A stretch of 63,211 nucleotides of DNA, filler included, from Octopus bimaculoides (lineage: Eukaryota), in NCBI RefSeq assembly GCF_001194135.2. It is 4 parts of 4 records of this genome, joined end to end, with 100 filler letters (N's around TTAATTAATTAA, not from the genome) between each part and the next. Parts side by side here need not be neighbours in the genome. Positions count along the whole stretch, not along the records: positions 1 to 21,043 come from NC_068994.1; 3 more parts are not named here. The stretch is one strand, 5' to 3'. Shown in pieces: positions 1 to 12,332 of this stretch. The translations under genes were made by a program, and so were the position numbers. Each line of letters opens with the position of its first letter. The first letter of the stretch is position 1. The notes under the pieces are model-generated. The model saw only the letters and a program-made list of their open reading frames with translations. It was not told where the DNA came from and made no database searches.

Positions 1-32
<32 letters not shown>

Positions 33-240
33 AATTTATTTAAATATATCTATATATATATTTATTTATATATATTTATTTATACATATTTATATATATA
101 TTTATTTATATATATTTATATACATATGTATATTTATATATATATATGTACACATATATATATTTATTTATTTATGTATATATATTTATATACATGTTTA
201 TATATGTATATATATATATATATATTTATTTATTTACATA

Positions 241-271
<31 letters not shown>
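1..271. repeat. (TA)n-rich degenerate microsatellite
   Basis: Almost pure A/T dinucleotide run with TTTA interruptions. Confidence 0.95.
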
Positions 272-589
272 GGTTCTTTTGCCAGTGAAGTACGATGAGG
301 CATATGACACTTTTTCTTAAGACTTTTTTATTCATCATTGTCAATGGTCTATTATCTTACCATCTTGTTTTACTTACTTCTTCAAGATACCTAGGTGTAT
401 AAAAAATCACAATCAATAACTTTGGCGTGGTCTCTGTATTGTTATATATTTTAATAACAGCTTGACTCAGCTCTTTATGACTTCAAGTTTTGTCGGTGCA
501 TAGGATTGACTCATCTTGAGATTTATATGCCCTGTGTGTCTACAGAACTTAGAGCTGAGTTATTAGTATGTTATTAATATGTATATATT

Positions 590-796
590 AAGGTGATGAG
601 CTTGCAGAATTATTAGCATGCTGGGCAAAATGCTTAGTAGCATCTTGTCTGTCTTTATATTCTGAGTTCAAATTCTGCCAAGGTCGACTTTGCCTTTCAT
701 CCTGATGGTGTTGATGAGATGAGTAGCTGGGGTTGATGTAATCGACTTATCCCTCCCTGAAAGTGCTGACCCTGTGGCAAAATTTGAAATCAATCA
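590..796 (+). mobile_element. tRNA-derived SINE family A, CpG-decayed copy
   Basis: B-box-like GAGTTCAAATTC followed by AGGTCGACTTTGCCTTTCATCC and GTTGATGTAATCGAC; same family as the copies at 41015-41230 and 43255-43495. Confidence 0.9.
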
Positions 797-839
797 ATAT
801 GTACGTGTATATATAAATATGTGTATGTTTGCGTGTGTA

Positions 840-1004
840 TAGGCACAGGTGTGGGTATGTGGTTAAGAGGCTTGCTTCACAACCATGTGGTCTCAGGTTC
901 AGTCTTACTGCACAGCACTTTGAGCAAGTGTCTTCGACTATAACTCTGGACTGACCAAATCTTTTTTAGTGGATTTGGTAGAGAGAAACCGAAAGAAGCC
1001 TATC

Positions 1005-1042
<38 letters not shown>

Positions 1043-1095
1043 CCTTGTCTTGACATTGTATGATGGTTGTAAATGAGCATCATCATCATTACCAT
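840..1095 (+). mobile_element. tRNA-derived SINE family B (CORE-like), decayed copy
   Basis: A-box TGTGGTTAAG, B-box GGTTCAGTC, then CTTTGAGCAAGTGTCTT and GGATTTGGTAGAGAGAAACCGAAAGAAGCC; homologous to 59400-59575. Confidence 0.85.
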
Positions 1096-1276
1096 ACAAA
1101 CAATGATGTTCATTTCCAGTTTTCCATGGAAGACATGTCCATCCATAGGAAATAGATAAGGGTTAGTGACAGGATGGGCAGGTATAGAGAATATGCTGCA
1201 CCAAATTCTGTCTCACCCTGCAAGCATGGAAAAGTGGACATGAAATGATGATGATGATTGTATATATATATATATT

Positions 1277-1330
<54 letters not shown>

Positions 1331-1334
1331 CATA

Positions 1335-1758
1335 TTCTGTTATTCTTTTAATTGTTTCTGTCATTTGACTGCAGCCATGCTGGAGCACTGCCTTAAAGCA
1401 TTTTAGTTGAAGAAATTGACCCCTAGACTTATTCTTTGTAAGCTTAGTACTTATTCTACTGGTCTCTTTTGCTGAACCACTAAGTTATGGGAGCATAAAC
1501 ACATCAGTATTGGTTGGCAAGTGATGGCGGGGTGGGGTGGGCAAACACAGACACGCTCACATACATACATACATACATACATGCACGCACACACAATGGG
1601 CTTCTTTCAGTTTCCGTTTACGAAATCCACTCACAAGGCTTTGGTTGGCTCAATGCTATAGTAGAAGACACTTGCCTAAGGTGCCATACAGTGGAACTGA
1701 ACCCAGAACTATGTGGTTAGGAAGCAAGCTTCTTACCGCACAGTCATAACTGTGCTTA
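1335..1758 (-). mobile_element. SINE family B, full-length with internal microsatellite
   Basis: Reverse complement of the head (1595-1758) and 3' body (1335-1545) matches the plus-strand copy at 59400-59810. Confidence 0.85.
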
Positions 1759-2345
1759 TATATATATATATNNNNNNNNNNNNNNNNNNNNNNNNNNNNN
1801 NNNNNNNNNNNNNNNNNNNNNNNNNNNNNNNNNNNNNNNNNNNNNNNNNNNNNNNNNNNNNNNNNNNNNNNNNNNNNNNNNNNNNNNNNNNNNNNNNNNN
1901 NNNNNNNNNNNNNNNNNNNNNNNNNNNNNNNNNNNNNNNNNNNNNNNNNNNNNNNNNNNNNNNNNNNNNNNNNNNNNNNNNNNNNNNNNNNNNNNNNNNN
2001 NNNNNNNNNNNNNNNNNNNNNNNNNNNNNNNNNNNNNNNTATATATATATATATCATGGTCAGATGATAAGGAAGAAAAGGCAAAACAGATTGAAGAATA
2101 AGATAAAGTGCTTAGAGATAATAATATGATAAAATGAAGAAAACTGACCATTTCTGTACTTATCAACTGTTTCTTTGAAGGATCTAAATTACCCACCACC
2201 TTTCACAACAAAACAACTGGCTCCATTCTACACTCAAATCAGCCTCTATATAAAGTTAATTTATGACCTTCTAGCTTTACCTCCCTTTTTGAAACAATTA
2301 GAAAAATAAGTTTGTAGGTAAATTCTTCCCTGTATACCTAAATAT

Positions 2346-4688
2346 TACTGGACGACAAAGATTTTTCAACTGGGGTAAAAGCATGTGGTTTAGACTAAAT
2401 TGAGGATGCTGATTCCGAATCTACACTCAGAATTGTTCTAGCACGTCAGGATTTTGGGTTATATGCATGTGCAAGATTATAACTATACTTTTAGCTCGAT
2501 ATAGGCTGTATTATAAAATTTGCTAAAATGAAAACAGTCTTAATTCAAAATTAAAGAATTAACAGCAATAAAACAAACAATGAGAAAGTTCGTTATTTAG
2601 TTCAGCAATAGATGGCGCTGACATATTGTCTACAGTGCTACGCACGTCAGTTTGTTCTTGGTAACTCTCAGTGTCATTTGTGCTGCCGTCACATGTGGTA
2701 TATGTGTCTCTCGCTATGTGTGATTACTGTTTTAACTGTGTTCATTGTGTTAGATCATGAATAGGAGAGGCTGTGTGAATCACACAGAGAATTTTTGTTA
2801 TATCTGTGGAAAATTTGCTCCATGTGACCAGCAGAAGAACATTGCCACCAAATTAAAAATTGCCTATAAATACTATTTTGAGTGTTAAGTTGGGGACCAA
2901 GGCAAGAAGTGGGCACTTCATAAATGCTGCACCGTCTGTTACTCAGGGCTTACAGAGTGGCTGAATGGAAAACAGAAGGGAATATCTTTTGCATTACCAA
3001 TGGTATGGCGTGAGCCAGCCAATCATGTCTCTCATTGTTACTTTTGCATGACTAATATTAGTGGTTTCTCAAAGAAGACCAAAACAAAAATTGTGTATGC
3101 AGATTGTAAGTCGGCTCTAAAAATGGTCCCGCAGTTCCCCTCTCACATGCTTCTCTTGAAAATCTTGACACATCACACAATGAACCCTCTGACTGTCCTA
3201 TTGACGAAGAGTACATAGTTGATTCTAAGAAAAATAAGCCAGGCTAGTTTAATCAAGAAGATTTGAATGACTTAGTAAGAGACCCAGCATTGTCAAAAGA
3301 GAGGGCAGAAGTTTTGTGATCCAAACTACAACAACAGAATCTCCTACAGCAAGGAAGGGAAATTTCCATTTTCTGTTCTTGCCATAAAGGCTTATCTGTC
3401 TTTTTCAAGCAAGAAAATAATGCTTGTTTCTCTACTGATGTTAATGCACTCATGCAAAAACTAGGACACGTGCATGTGGCTAACGAATGGAGATTGTTTA
3501 TAGACTCGAGTAAGGTTAGCCTCACATAATGGTAATGAAAAACCTTCCATTCCTGTGGGTCATGTCGGTATGGAAGAAACTTATGAATCGATGGAACTCA
3601 TTCTGAAAGGAGTTAATTACTCAGTTCATAAGTGGAATATTTGTGGTGATTTAAAGGTGTTTTTCCCCCTCCTAGGATTGCAGCTGGGATACACCAAAAA
3701 TATGTGCTTCTTGTGTGTTTGGAACAACCACAATGACAGCAATCATTACACTGTAAAAGACTGGCCTAAAAGAGATGAGTGCATAGTTGGTCGGTACAAT
3801 GTGCAGCATGTGCCACTAGTAGACCCGCAAAAGATCTTCCTTCCACCCCTTCATGTCAAACTCAGCCTCATGGAAAACTTCGTAAAAGCAATGACACATG
3901 ATGGTTGTGGCTTCCAGTACCTAAAAGTAAAATTTGGTGCAGAGAAATGTGACGCAAAACTTAAAGCAGACATTTTCATTGTACCGGAGATCAGAGAATT
4001 GATATCTTATAGCAAATTCAGAGTTAAACTGAATCCAATTGAGCTGACAGCATGGGATTCATTTGTATTAGTTGTACAGAACTTTCTTGAAAATCATAGA
4101 GCTGAAAACTATGCTGATTTAATAAACAACATGCTAACAGCATATGAAAGAATGCGATGCTGAATGTCCCTTAAAATGCACTTCTTGCGTTCTCATCTTG
4201 ATTTTTTTCCAACGAATTTTGGTGCCCTTAATAATGAGCATGGTGAGAGGTTCCACCAGGACATATCTGAGATGGAAATGAAGTATCAAGGCCAGTTCAA
4301 TCTACACATGATGGGTGCAATGGGAGACCAGCATGACGCATTAGTGCAAGAGCAAGCGTCTCGAACATTTCTAAGCTGAGCATGTCAAAAATAAAATGAA
4401 TATTCCTGTAACATAAATATACTATGTACTATTATATTATAATACTATTTGCTTTGAGCATAAATTTACTATATACAGTACTAATATACTATTATAATAA
4501 TTATTTACCTTGATCTTAACTATTCCTGATTCTCATATAGTATTAATATATAATTATGCACATAACTCAAAATCCTGACATGCTACAGCAATTCTGAGTT
4601 CAGATTTGTAATCAACGTACTCGATTTTGTTTAGTACAGCACCATTTGTCTGGGTAGCAGACAATAAATCTTTTTCTGTTGCCCAGTG
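2346..4688 (+). mobile_element. Full-length DNA transposon, Chapaev3-like (CMC superfamily)
   Basis: Termini TACTGGACGACA / CACTGGGCAACA (rc), a further ~70-bp subterminal inverted match (about 2401-2468 vs 4555-4625), TAT on both flanks (2343-2345, 4689-4691), internal transposase; family assignment from recalled motifs. Confidence 0.85.
2757..4379 (+). pseudogene. Degraded Chapaev3-like transposase
   Basis: MNRRGCVNHTENFCYICG...PMVWREPANHVSHCYFC, WRLFIDSSK, ICGDLKV, LPPLHVKL, MSLKMHFLRSHLDFFP, EHGERFHQDI; several stops and frameshifts. Confidence 0.9.
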
Positions 4689-4749
4689 TATTCATTCATA
4701 TATCCACACACAAGATCACAAGATAGTGTATATAGTTTTATATATTTAC

Positions 4750-5065
4750 ACATGTATACTCATATATGCACACATATACACTTCCTACATACATTCTTAC
4801 TATGTTTGCTCTTTATGTCATCAATATATGTTGAGTTGAAAGTGGAAGTCTAATCCACATACAAGGTAGTACATATGTTTATATATATATATTATCTGTA
4901 ATGTATAATATTAAATATCCATCACGGCTGACCTTCCCAACTGGTTTTGCGTAAAGAATACAATGGAGTGTCAGATAACAATCTGGTTATATAACTTTAC
5001 GCTCATCAAAGTTAGCTGATATGGAAGGGAATATGGCGACTGTTCTCCATTGTTGGAGGTGGATT

Positions 5066-5144
<79 letters not shown>

Positions 5145-5352
5145 TATATATATATGTATATATATATACATATACACACGTATCTATTTATATATGAGCA
5201 TATATATACTTCTTACATACATTCTTACTATTATAGAACCAGGAATAAAGACTATATAATAAATTAAAATGAAATCTACATACATATATTTATACATGCA
5301 CAAATATATACTTCTTACATACATACTTGCTATTTTTAAACAAATAAATACA

Positions 5353-5390
<38 letters not shown>

Positions 5391-5645
5391 TAATAACAAC
5401 AATAATAATAATAATAAATCAAAGTAAACTAGAAAAATACATGTACATATCTATTTGCATATGTACACATATACACTTCTCACATACATTCTTACTGTTT
5501 TTGAAAGTAAAAATATATAATACAATATGATAAAGTTAAATAAAATAAAGTATACAAGCATATGAGTTAAATAAAATATACCTACATATATCTATTTATA
5601 TATGCACACATATACACTTCTAACACATTCTTACTAATTTTATTA
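4750..5645 (+). repeat. Dispersed AT-rich module (ATATACACTTCTTACATACATTCTTACTAT) repeated about 5 times among (TA)n/(TAA)n
   Basis: Copies near 4770, 5200, 5300, 5465 and 5605; further copies at 16735-16835 (+) and 17620-17720 (-). Confidence 0.75.
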
Positions 5646-5923
5646 TACATATCAAATCCACCTTCTGGTTATTTAAGAAATTATTATTATTATTATCATT
5701 ATTTTATATATATATATATATATATCAATTTGAATACACAACACACTCAAGGTAGTATACATACATATATATATATAGTTTAAAGATCCAATAGAGGTAG
5801 AATCAACAAAAAAAGTGCTCCATCCAGTGAGAGATAAATATCAATTTAATTACACAACCAAAAGAGCTACTAATAGTTCCATACTTTTATGATGCATGAA
5901 CAGGCATATTTATAAAATAAGCC

Positions 5924-6266
5924 ACGTATCTTAAAAGCAAATCTTTCAGGCTCTGTTTATGCATTATATATATTTCTAAAAACAAGGACACTGGACAATA
6001 GTAAAATAAGAAAAAATGTGGAAAAAACATGAAGGAGGTTGATGCCAAAAAGAAATTAGAAATAAATTTTTGTTCTCCCTGATTGCAGAGAGCTCATTAA
6101 ATACAACTGGTATAGAACAAAATAACAGAAAATATGTCAAAATCTGTGAGACAGCAAGTCAGTCTGTAGTGGGTGGTGCCCTCCAATTTGATAAAAGAAA
6201 CCTGTCCATGTGTCTACACCTGAAATAATGCATAAATAGAGCCTGAAAGATAGTTTTAAGGTACAT
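5924..6266. mobile_element. MITE-like element with ~43-bp inverted repeats
   Basis: 5924-5967 ACGTATCTTAAAAGCAAATCTTTCAGGCTCTGTTTATGCATTAT is near-identical to the rc of 6225-6266. Confidence 0.65.
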
Positions 6267-6353
6267 GTTCAAGTATCTTAATAGCATGAAACTATTAGTA
6301 ACTTTTCCGGTTGTGTATTCAAATTGATATATACATATATATATATATATATA

Positions 6354-6690
6354 TAATAATAATTTCTTAAGTAACCAGATGGATTTGATATTAATTTTTA
6401 TTTTGTACAACAGTCATTTCGACCCATCCTGCTAATGTCCCTTATGGGTGGGACTCCATTCAATATGTTGTGTTACATCCATTTCACAATCTGGTCTTAT
6501 CAGGTGCATCCATACATAAAGAGACACAACTTTATGTCTGGATGTACCTGATGAGACCCAGACTGTAAAATGGATGTAACACAACATGTTGAACAGAGGA
6601 CATTAGCAGGATGAGTTGAAATGACCATTGTACAAAATAAAGATTAATACTGAATCTGTCTTCTGGTTACTTAAAAACTTATTATTATTA
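6354..6690. repeat. Foldback palindrome, ~160-bp arms, 8-nt loop
   Basis: CATAAAG (6515-6521) pairs with CTTTATG (6530-6536); complementarity extends out to the TAATAAT/ATTATTA ends; a solo end copy lies at about 5650-5695. Confidence 0.9.
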
Positions 6691-6826
6691 TCTCAACTTA
6701 CACTGCAGAGTTCCTGAAGTAGATCCAATGGTAATATACCCTGACTGTGAATGTCACTAGGTAGCCCAAACTGCCAGTGATCTACCAAACACTTCAGCAC
6801 ACTAATCGACATATACCCATCAGTCC

Positions 6827-6831
<5 letters not shown>

Positions 6832-6896
<65 letters not shown>
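6832..6896. repeat. (TA)n microsatellite
   Basis: Pure TA run. Confidence 0.95.
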
Positions 6897-6900
<4 letters not shown>

Positions 6901-7534
6901 TTGTTTAAAAGAGTTCCAACTCTGTCTGTTTTTTATGTTAGCCCAGCGTTGCCTTAGAAATTTAATTGATTTTAGTAATACTTGAAACTGACGTCATTGT
7001 GTTCTTCTCGTACTGATGCATAAATAACTTACATATAAAACGGGTGAATGTTGCAGAAAAATATATATTTGGAATTAAAATTTATCTTTTCCTGAATTTT
7101 TTAACATATTTCACTTTCGTAAATCATCATTCCTCTTTTGAAAGTTGAAGAAATTCCCAGATGATAGATGACTGCATTATGTGTGGTCACCTTTCAGCCA
7201 AACTGAAGCATACTTACACTGCCCAATTTGATCCTGCTTGACAAATCAATGACTTTGAAATCACCCCTTTGAATACTACATCCATCTGCCATGCAGTAAT
7301 GATGAGACTATGAAATTCAGTTGTTCTGCATAGTTAGACACCAAAAATTGTAATCTTTACCTAATTTCTCGTACTTATCATGTAAAACATCTGTACGAAT
7401 GTGGTTTGAGAACTGTCATTTCAGAGACCAACGTAATGTAAAGACAGGTTAAACATTTATGAATTAATTTGAAAAAAGCTAATGAAAGATATACAGAAAC
7501 TTACATTGATAAAGTCGACAGCAGTTGGTAATAC

Positions 7535-10500
7535 TCACTGGCGCCATACCTCATTGTAGACAATGTTTTTTGTTTTTCCATTTAGAGTGTACGCGAAATG
7601 ACTGTCCTTGCTCCCCACTCTTGAACATCCCACGTAGAGTTGGCCATGTGAAAAACATGATTCCTCCAAGTGTAGTCCTGTAATTGAAAGCATCTGCCCC
7701 TGTGATTTATTGATCGACATTGCAAAACTGGTGCGAATGGGAAACTGAAGTCGTCTAAATGTAAAGGGGATATCAGCATCGGACGGAGTAAGTGGAATTC
7801 TGGGAATAAAAACATCTCCTGTTCCATACCCTGATATAATGGTTGCTTCAAGGACATTTTGCATGGCTTTCTTTATCACAAGATGTGTACCATTGCAGAG
7901 TGTTGTTGGGTTTAGATTCCTAAGAAGCATAACAGGAGTTCCAACTTTCAGCCGAAGTTTATGAGGTGGCATTTCCGGAGGTTCAAGTGAATTCAGGAAT
8001 TCGATAGGGTAGTTTACCACTTGGTCAGGGTTGGGAAAAGAATCCATAGATTTGTAGACATATAGACTACCAGGAATGACTTGCAGCAGCTGGTCATTTA
8101 TTGCATTGACCAAAGTGTTTTTGGGGGCTAAAATAGCTCTTTCGCATAACCACTTAATGTCGCGATAGTTTTCCTGTAGCCTAGGGAAGACTTTTGTTGT
8201 GAGCTCTTCTACTGTACTGACAGGTGTACAAGTGGAGCATATTAAAATTTGTCCATCTGCATCGAGCATTAGTTTTCCATCTCCAAGTGATAAAACATTT
8301 GAAGTGAATTGCGCTGCTTGCTGGTCATTATGCAGTTTCGCTCACATATTCGTCGTGAGAGTGAGTGTTGTTACATGTTGCCATAACAAAGATGATTTGA
8401 GGCATGCACTGACTTCGTCAGCCCTGGTCCCTTTGGGAATAACAGGAAGTGTCTGACGAAAGTTGCCAGAAAGAAGAAGCGTTATACCTCCCATAGGAGT
8501 TGGGCAATCCCTGATGTCTTGGAGTGTAGTGTTGAGGGCTTCTAGAGCTCATCTGTGGGCCATAGGGCATTCATCCCACACGATGAGTTGGCACTTCTGC
8601 AAAAGCATGCCTTTTTCAGACGTTTTGGTGATGTTGCAGGAGGGGCTTTCAGATTTTGCTAAGTGTAAGGGCAGCTTAAAGGCAGAATGAGCAGTCCTGC
8701 CGCCAGATAGGAGAGTTGCAGCAATACCGGAGGATGCCACTGCCAATGCAATGACTTTATTCAGCCTCACCTTTGAAAGAAGAAGCTTAATAAGGAAAGT
8801 TTTTCCTGTGCCTGCAGGTGCATCTAGGAAAAAAATCCCGCCTTTCTGGTTCTGAACATTTCCGAAAACTGTGTTTATAATTTGCTGCTGNNNNNNNNNN
8901 NNNNNNNNNNNNNNNNNNNNNNNNNNNNNNNNNNNNNNNNNNNNNNNNNNNNNNNNNNNNNNNNNNNNNNNNNNNNNNNNNNNNNNNNNNNNNNNNNNNN
9001 NNNNNNNNNNNNNNNNNNNNNNNNNNNNNNNNNNNNNNNNNNNNNNNNNNNNNNNNNNNNNNNNNNNNNNNNNNNNNNNNNNNNNNNNNNNNNNNNNNNN
9101 NNNNNNNNNNNNNNNNNNNNNNNNNNNNATGTGATCATTGGCAGAATTAATTTCGGGAACTCGCCTTTTTTGAAGTTGGTAATAATCTTCAGCAAGCTTA
9201 TTTCTATACCTAAGCCACAGAGAGACCGGGTCTGATACCTCACAAATATGCAAAATAATGGCAAAGAGGGCTCTGAGACTTTTAGGAGAGCGCGAATTGG
9301 CAGCTTCAGCAAGAGTTGCATCCCACTTTGAATCATCCTCGAGCAGGCCATGTCTTAGGCATGCCTCCCTGAAGGTGGAACAGATCTCGCCGTTCATGAA
9401 GGAGCAAGCGAAGGTAAAAGCACTCCTGTTGACTTGGGTGAACGGTATATACCCTGCCGAGGCAAGTTTCAAGCTTCACAGTGGGGAAGCCATCAACCTG
9501 CCTGCCTATCCTCTGTCGCTGCCATGTATTGTTGCTCCAAGTGTAATATGATGGTACTTGATGGTAGAGCAATGTTTCAGCAAATGTATCTACGTTACAG
9601 AGCTTGAAAAAGGCAGTTAGGGTAGTGTCTTTAGGGTATTCGACAACAGTTGCAGCAGTTGAAGGCGTGAAGTAAATGAGTTGACCATTCTCAAGGTGGG
9701 TTGTGAGCTGTTGAATAGGCAGATGCCTTTGATGAAAAGGAAAACCAAAAATTCTCCAGAATGCTTCATTGCTGCTTATGTATCTGCCGACTTGGTATTG
9801 TGCTACCTCGTCTCGGTTACCATCTTGCTGCAGAGAGAACGTAACCGCATCTGTCCCTTTATTTATATATTTTCAGATGTATTTGATAGACTTGATTGAA
9901 CTGCAAAACTCTACGTTGATATGAGCATTAAACACTTTGGACAGAAGCGGGAAAAATGGCACGATCTACCTGTTGTCTACTTTGTGGTGCCCTACCTTAA
10001 CCGTGAGCCCACCGTCTTCAGGACGCCTTTGCCTGTATAGCGTGTAGCTATTGTTGCCCATCTGAGTATGAAGCTGGAACTTCTTGGGAAACCCTTTCAT
10101 GCATTTCGAATCTCTGAAGCATGGTGAATGAATGTTAAATCCATACCCACAAGGTCCATGAATCATGTTTGAGCATACTATCTGAAAAAGATCTGGGTCT
10201 ACTGCTGGAGCAGGCAGTTCTGCTGATATCAGGCTGTCTATTTTGTTTGAATTGATTTTTGAGGACAACCATAACAAAATATAGGCGTGCGGAAGACCTC
10301 TTTTTTGCCACTCGACAGTATACATGTCGCATCTAACACTCCCGAATATCTGTCCTATCTTGATCAAATCCATGAGTTTCTGTAGCTTCAACCGAAAAAC
10401 TCGTGCAAGAAGATCATGCCTATCAGCGGGCCTCTGACTGTTTAATAGTTCAATTTCAATTTCAATCCACTTGGGGTTGCAAGTAAAGGTTATGAATAAA

Positions 10501-12299
10501 TCCGGGCGACCAAAATGACGTACAAACGTCATGGCATCTTGCGTTCTCTCATGCATATACCGCGGACCCCCGGTAAATGTAGATGGTAAAATGCAGACCT
10601 GTCCAATATCTTGAGGCGCGATGTAATTGATTATGCCATCCCGAAGGTGGATATAATTCTCAGACCTTAGCTTTTTTTGATTATGGCGAATGAAACGCAA
10701 CCTTTCCGACTCCATCTTGGCGTAGATATCCACAACAAATTGATGGAACAGCTCACGTGAACAATGGAGATGATTCATTGAGTTTCCTTGAGTCATTAAG
10801 CGATATGAATAGAATTCCATGCATGAAACGTTTTTGCTGGTACATTTGTCTGGTCTTTGTGGATGATGTTGAGGAATACCGAAATGGTACCCATCCTCAC
10901 TGTAAACGAATAGCAAGGGGTACTGGAGCGCATCGTATGCCCTATGAGATTCGTGTATTCGTTGGATGCTGTTATCGCGGCATGACAAAACAATATCCCT
11001 TGGATTAGAGGGTTCACCTTGAAGAACAATGGCGACTTCATTGCAAGATGGTTGATTATACCGGCCTGCATGCTCACCAAATGGACGTTTATCAGCATCT
11101 ATGACAACATTAAAATTGGGGCCTGACGCTATCTCTAAAGCATACTTGAAACTCTTAAGATAACTATTTGTTTCATGAAGCATTTCCTGTAGCTGCAATA
11201 TCAGTTGGAAGTTAGTCCCAGGTGATATCTTATTTCGTTTTACTGCCTGTTCTTAGTAGCTGCAAACGAAATATAGTTGAAGACACTGAGGCTCTTGGAA
11301 TGCATCACGTTGAAGAGGTCCTATCCTGTGGTAAACCTGACCCTGAACTTTGAATGTAGGCATGAATCCATCCTCTCGGATGATATTGGCACCGAAAGAG
11401 GTCATTTGAAACGCACAATTATACTTTCTTATGTTGCGTAGGAAGTGTCTTGAATCAGTAGTTGTTCCCTCAAGAAGCTCCTGCAGTGGTTTTGGGGGAT
11501 CCTCCAAAGCAGGTAATTTGACTTTTCCACCTGAACAGCACATTGCAGCAGGTTCTTCTGGCCACTTATTTGCAGAACAGAATGAGCAAATAACTCTCAT
11601 ATTGGAAATGGAGATTTCAGGGTAGGATGAATAATCGATGTCTGGCTTATAATCGAACGCCTGTAATAACCATCTGGAACTGCATGGTTTCATTACACCT
11701 TTGCGAATACTTTTACGATGGGCGATGGTGTTCAGGCGGTCTCGTCTCACTTCCAGGGGCTCGAAAGCTCTTGCAGCAGCAGTTGAAGAAGCATGAGTAG
11801 CAAGGCGAAGAGCTCGATGTTCATCATCTTCAGAAGCTCTAGTGGCAGCAGTTGAAGCAGTGTTTCTTGCTCGATGCAGGGTTCGTTGGTCTNNNNNNNN
11901 NNNNNNNNNNNNNNNNNNNNNNNNNNNNNNNNNNNNNNNNNNNNNNNNNNNNNNNNNNNNNNNNNNNNNNNNNNNNNNNNNNNNNNNNNNNNNNNNNNNN
12001 NNNNNNNNNNNNNNNNNNNNNNNNNNNNNNNNNNNNNNNNNNNNNNNNNNNNNNNNNNNNNNNNNNNNNNNNNNNNNNNNNNNNNNNNNNNNNNNNNNNN
12101 NNNNNNNNNNNNNNNNNNNNNNNNNNNNNNNNNNNNNNNNNNNNNNNNNNNNNNNNNNNNNNNNNNNNNNNNNNNNNNNNNNNNNNNNNNNNNNNNNNNN
12201 NNNNNNNNNNNNNNNNNNNNNNNNNNNNNNNNNNNNNNNNNNNNNNNNNNNNNNNNNNNNNNNNNNNNNNGCAACGTATGGTCTTGGAATGAAAAACAC
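7535..12299 (-). pseudogene. Helitron Rep-Helicase (RepHel), near-complete but interrupted by stops, frameshifts and two N-gaps
   Basis: Zn-finger-like CSFCSANKWPEEPAAMCCSGGKV; Rep motifs PDLFITFTC, VEWQKRGLPHAYILLW and KYI*KYINKG; PIF1 helicase DAPAGTGKT, VWDECPMAHR and FAMSINKSQG...FSHGQLYVGCSRV. Confidence 0.95.
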
Positions 12300-12332
12300 C
12301 GTATGACAGGGTGGCTAGTTACGAAAGTTGGA

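Noticed and set aside
1524-1545. G-rich GGCGGGGTGGGGTGGG as a G-quadruplex
   Set aside because: Only three G3 tracts, and inside a SINE
5880-6230. Apparent exons with strong splice sites on both strands
   Set aside because: They lie in a MITE-like inverted repeat and hit in-frame stops
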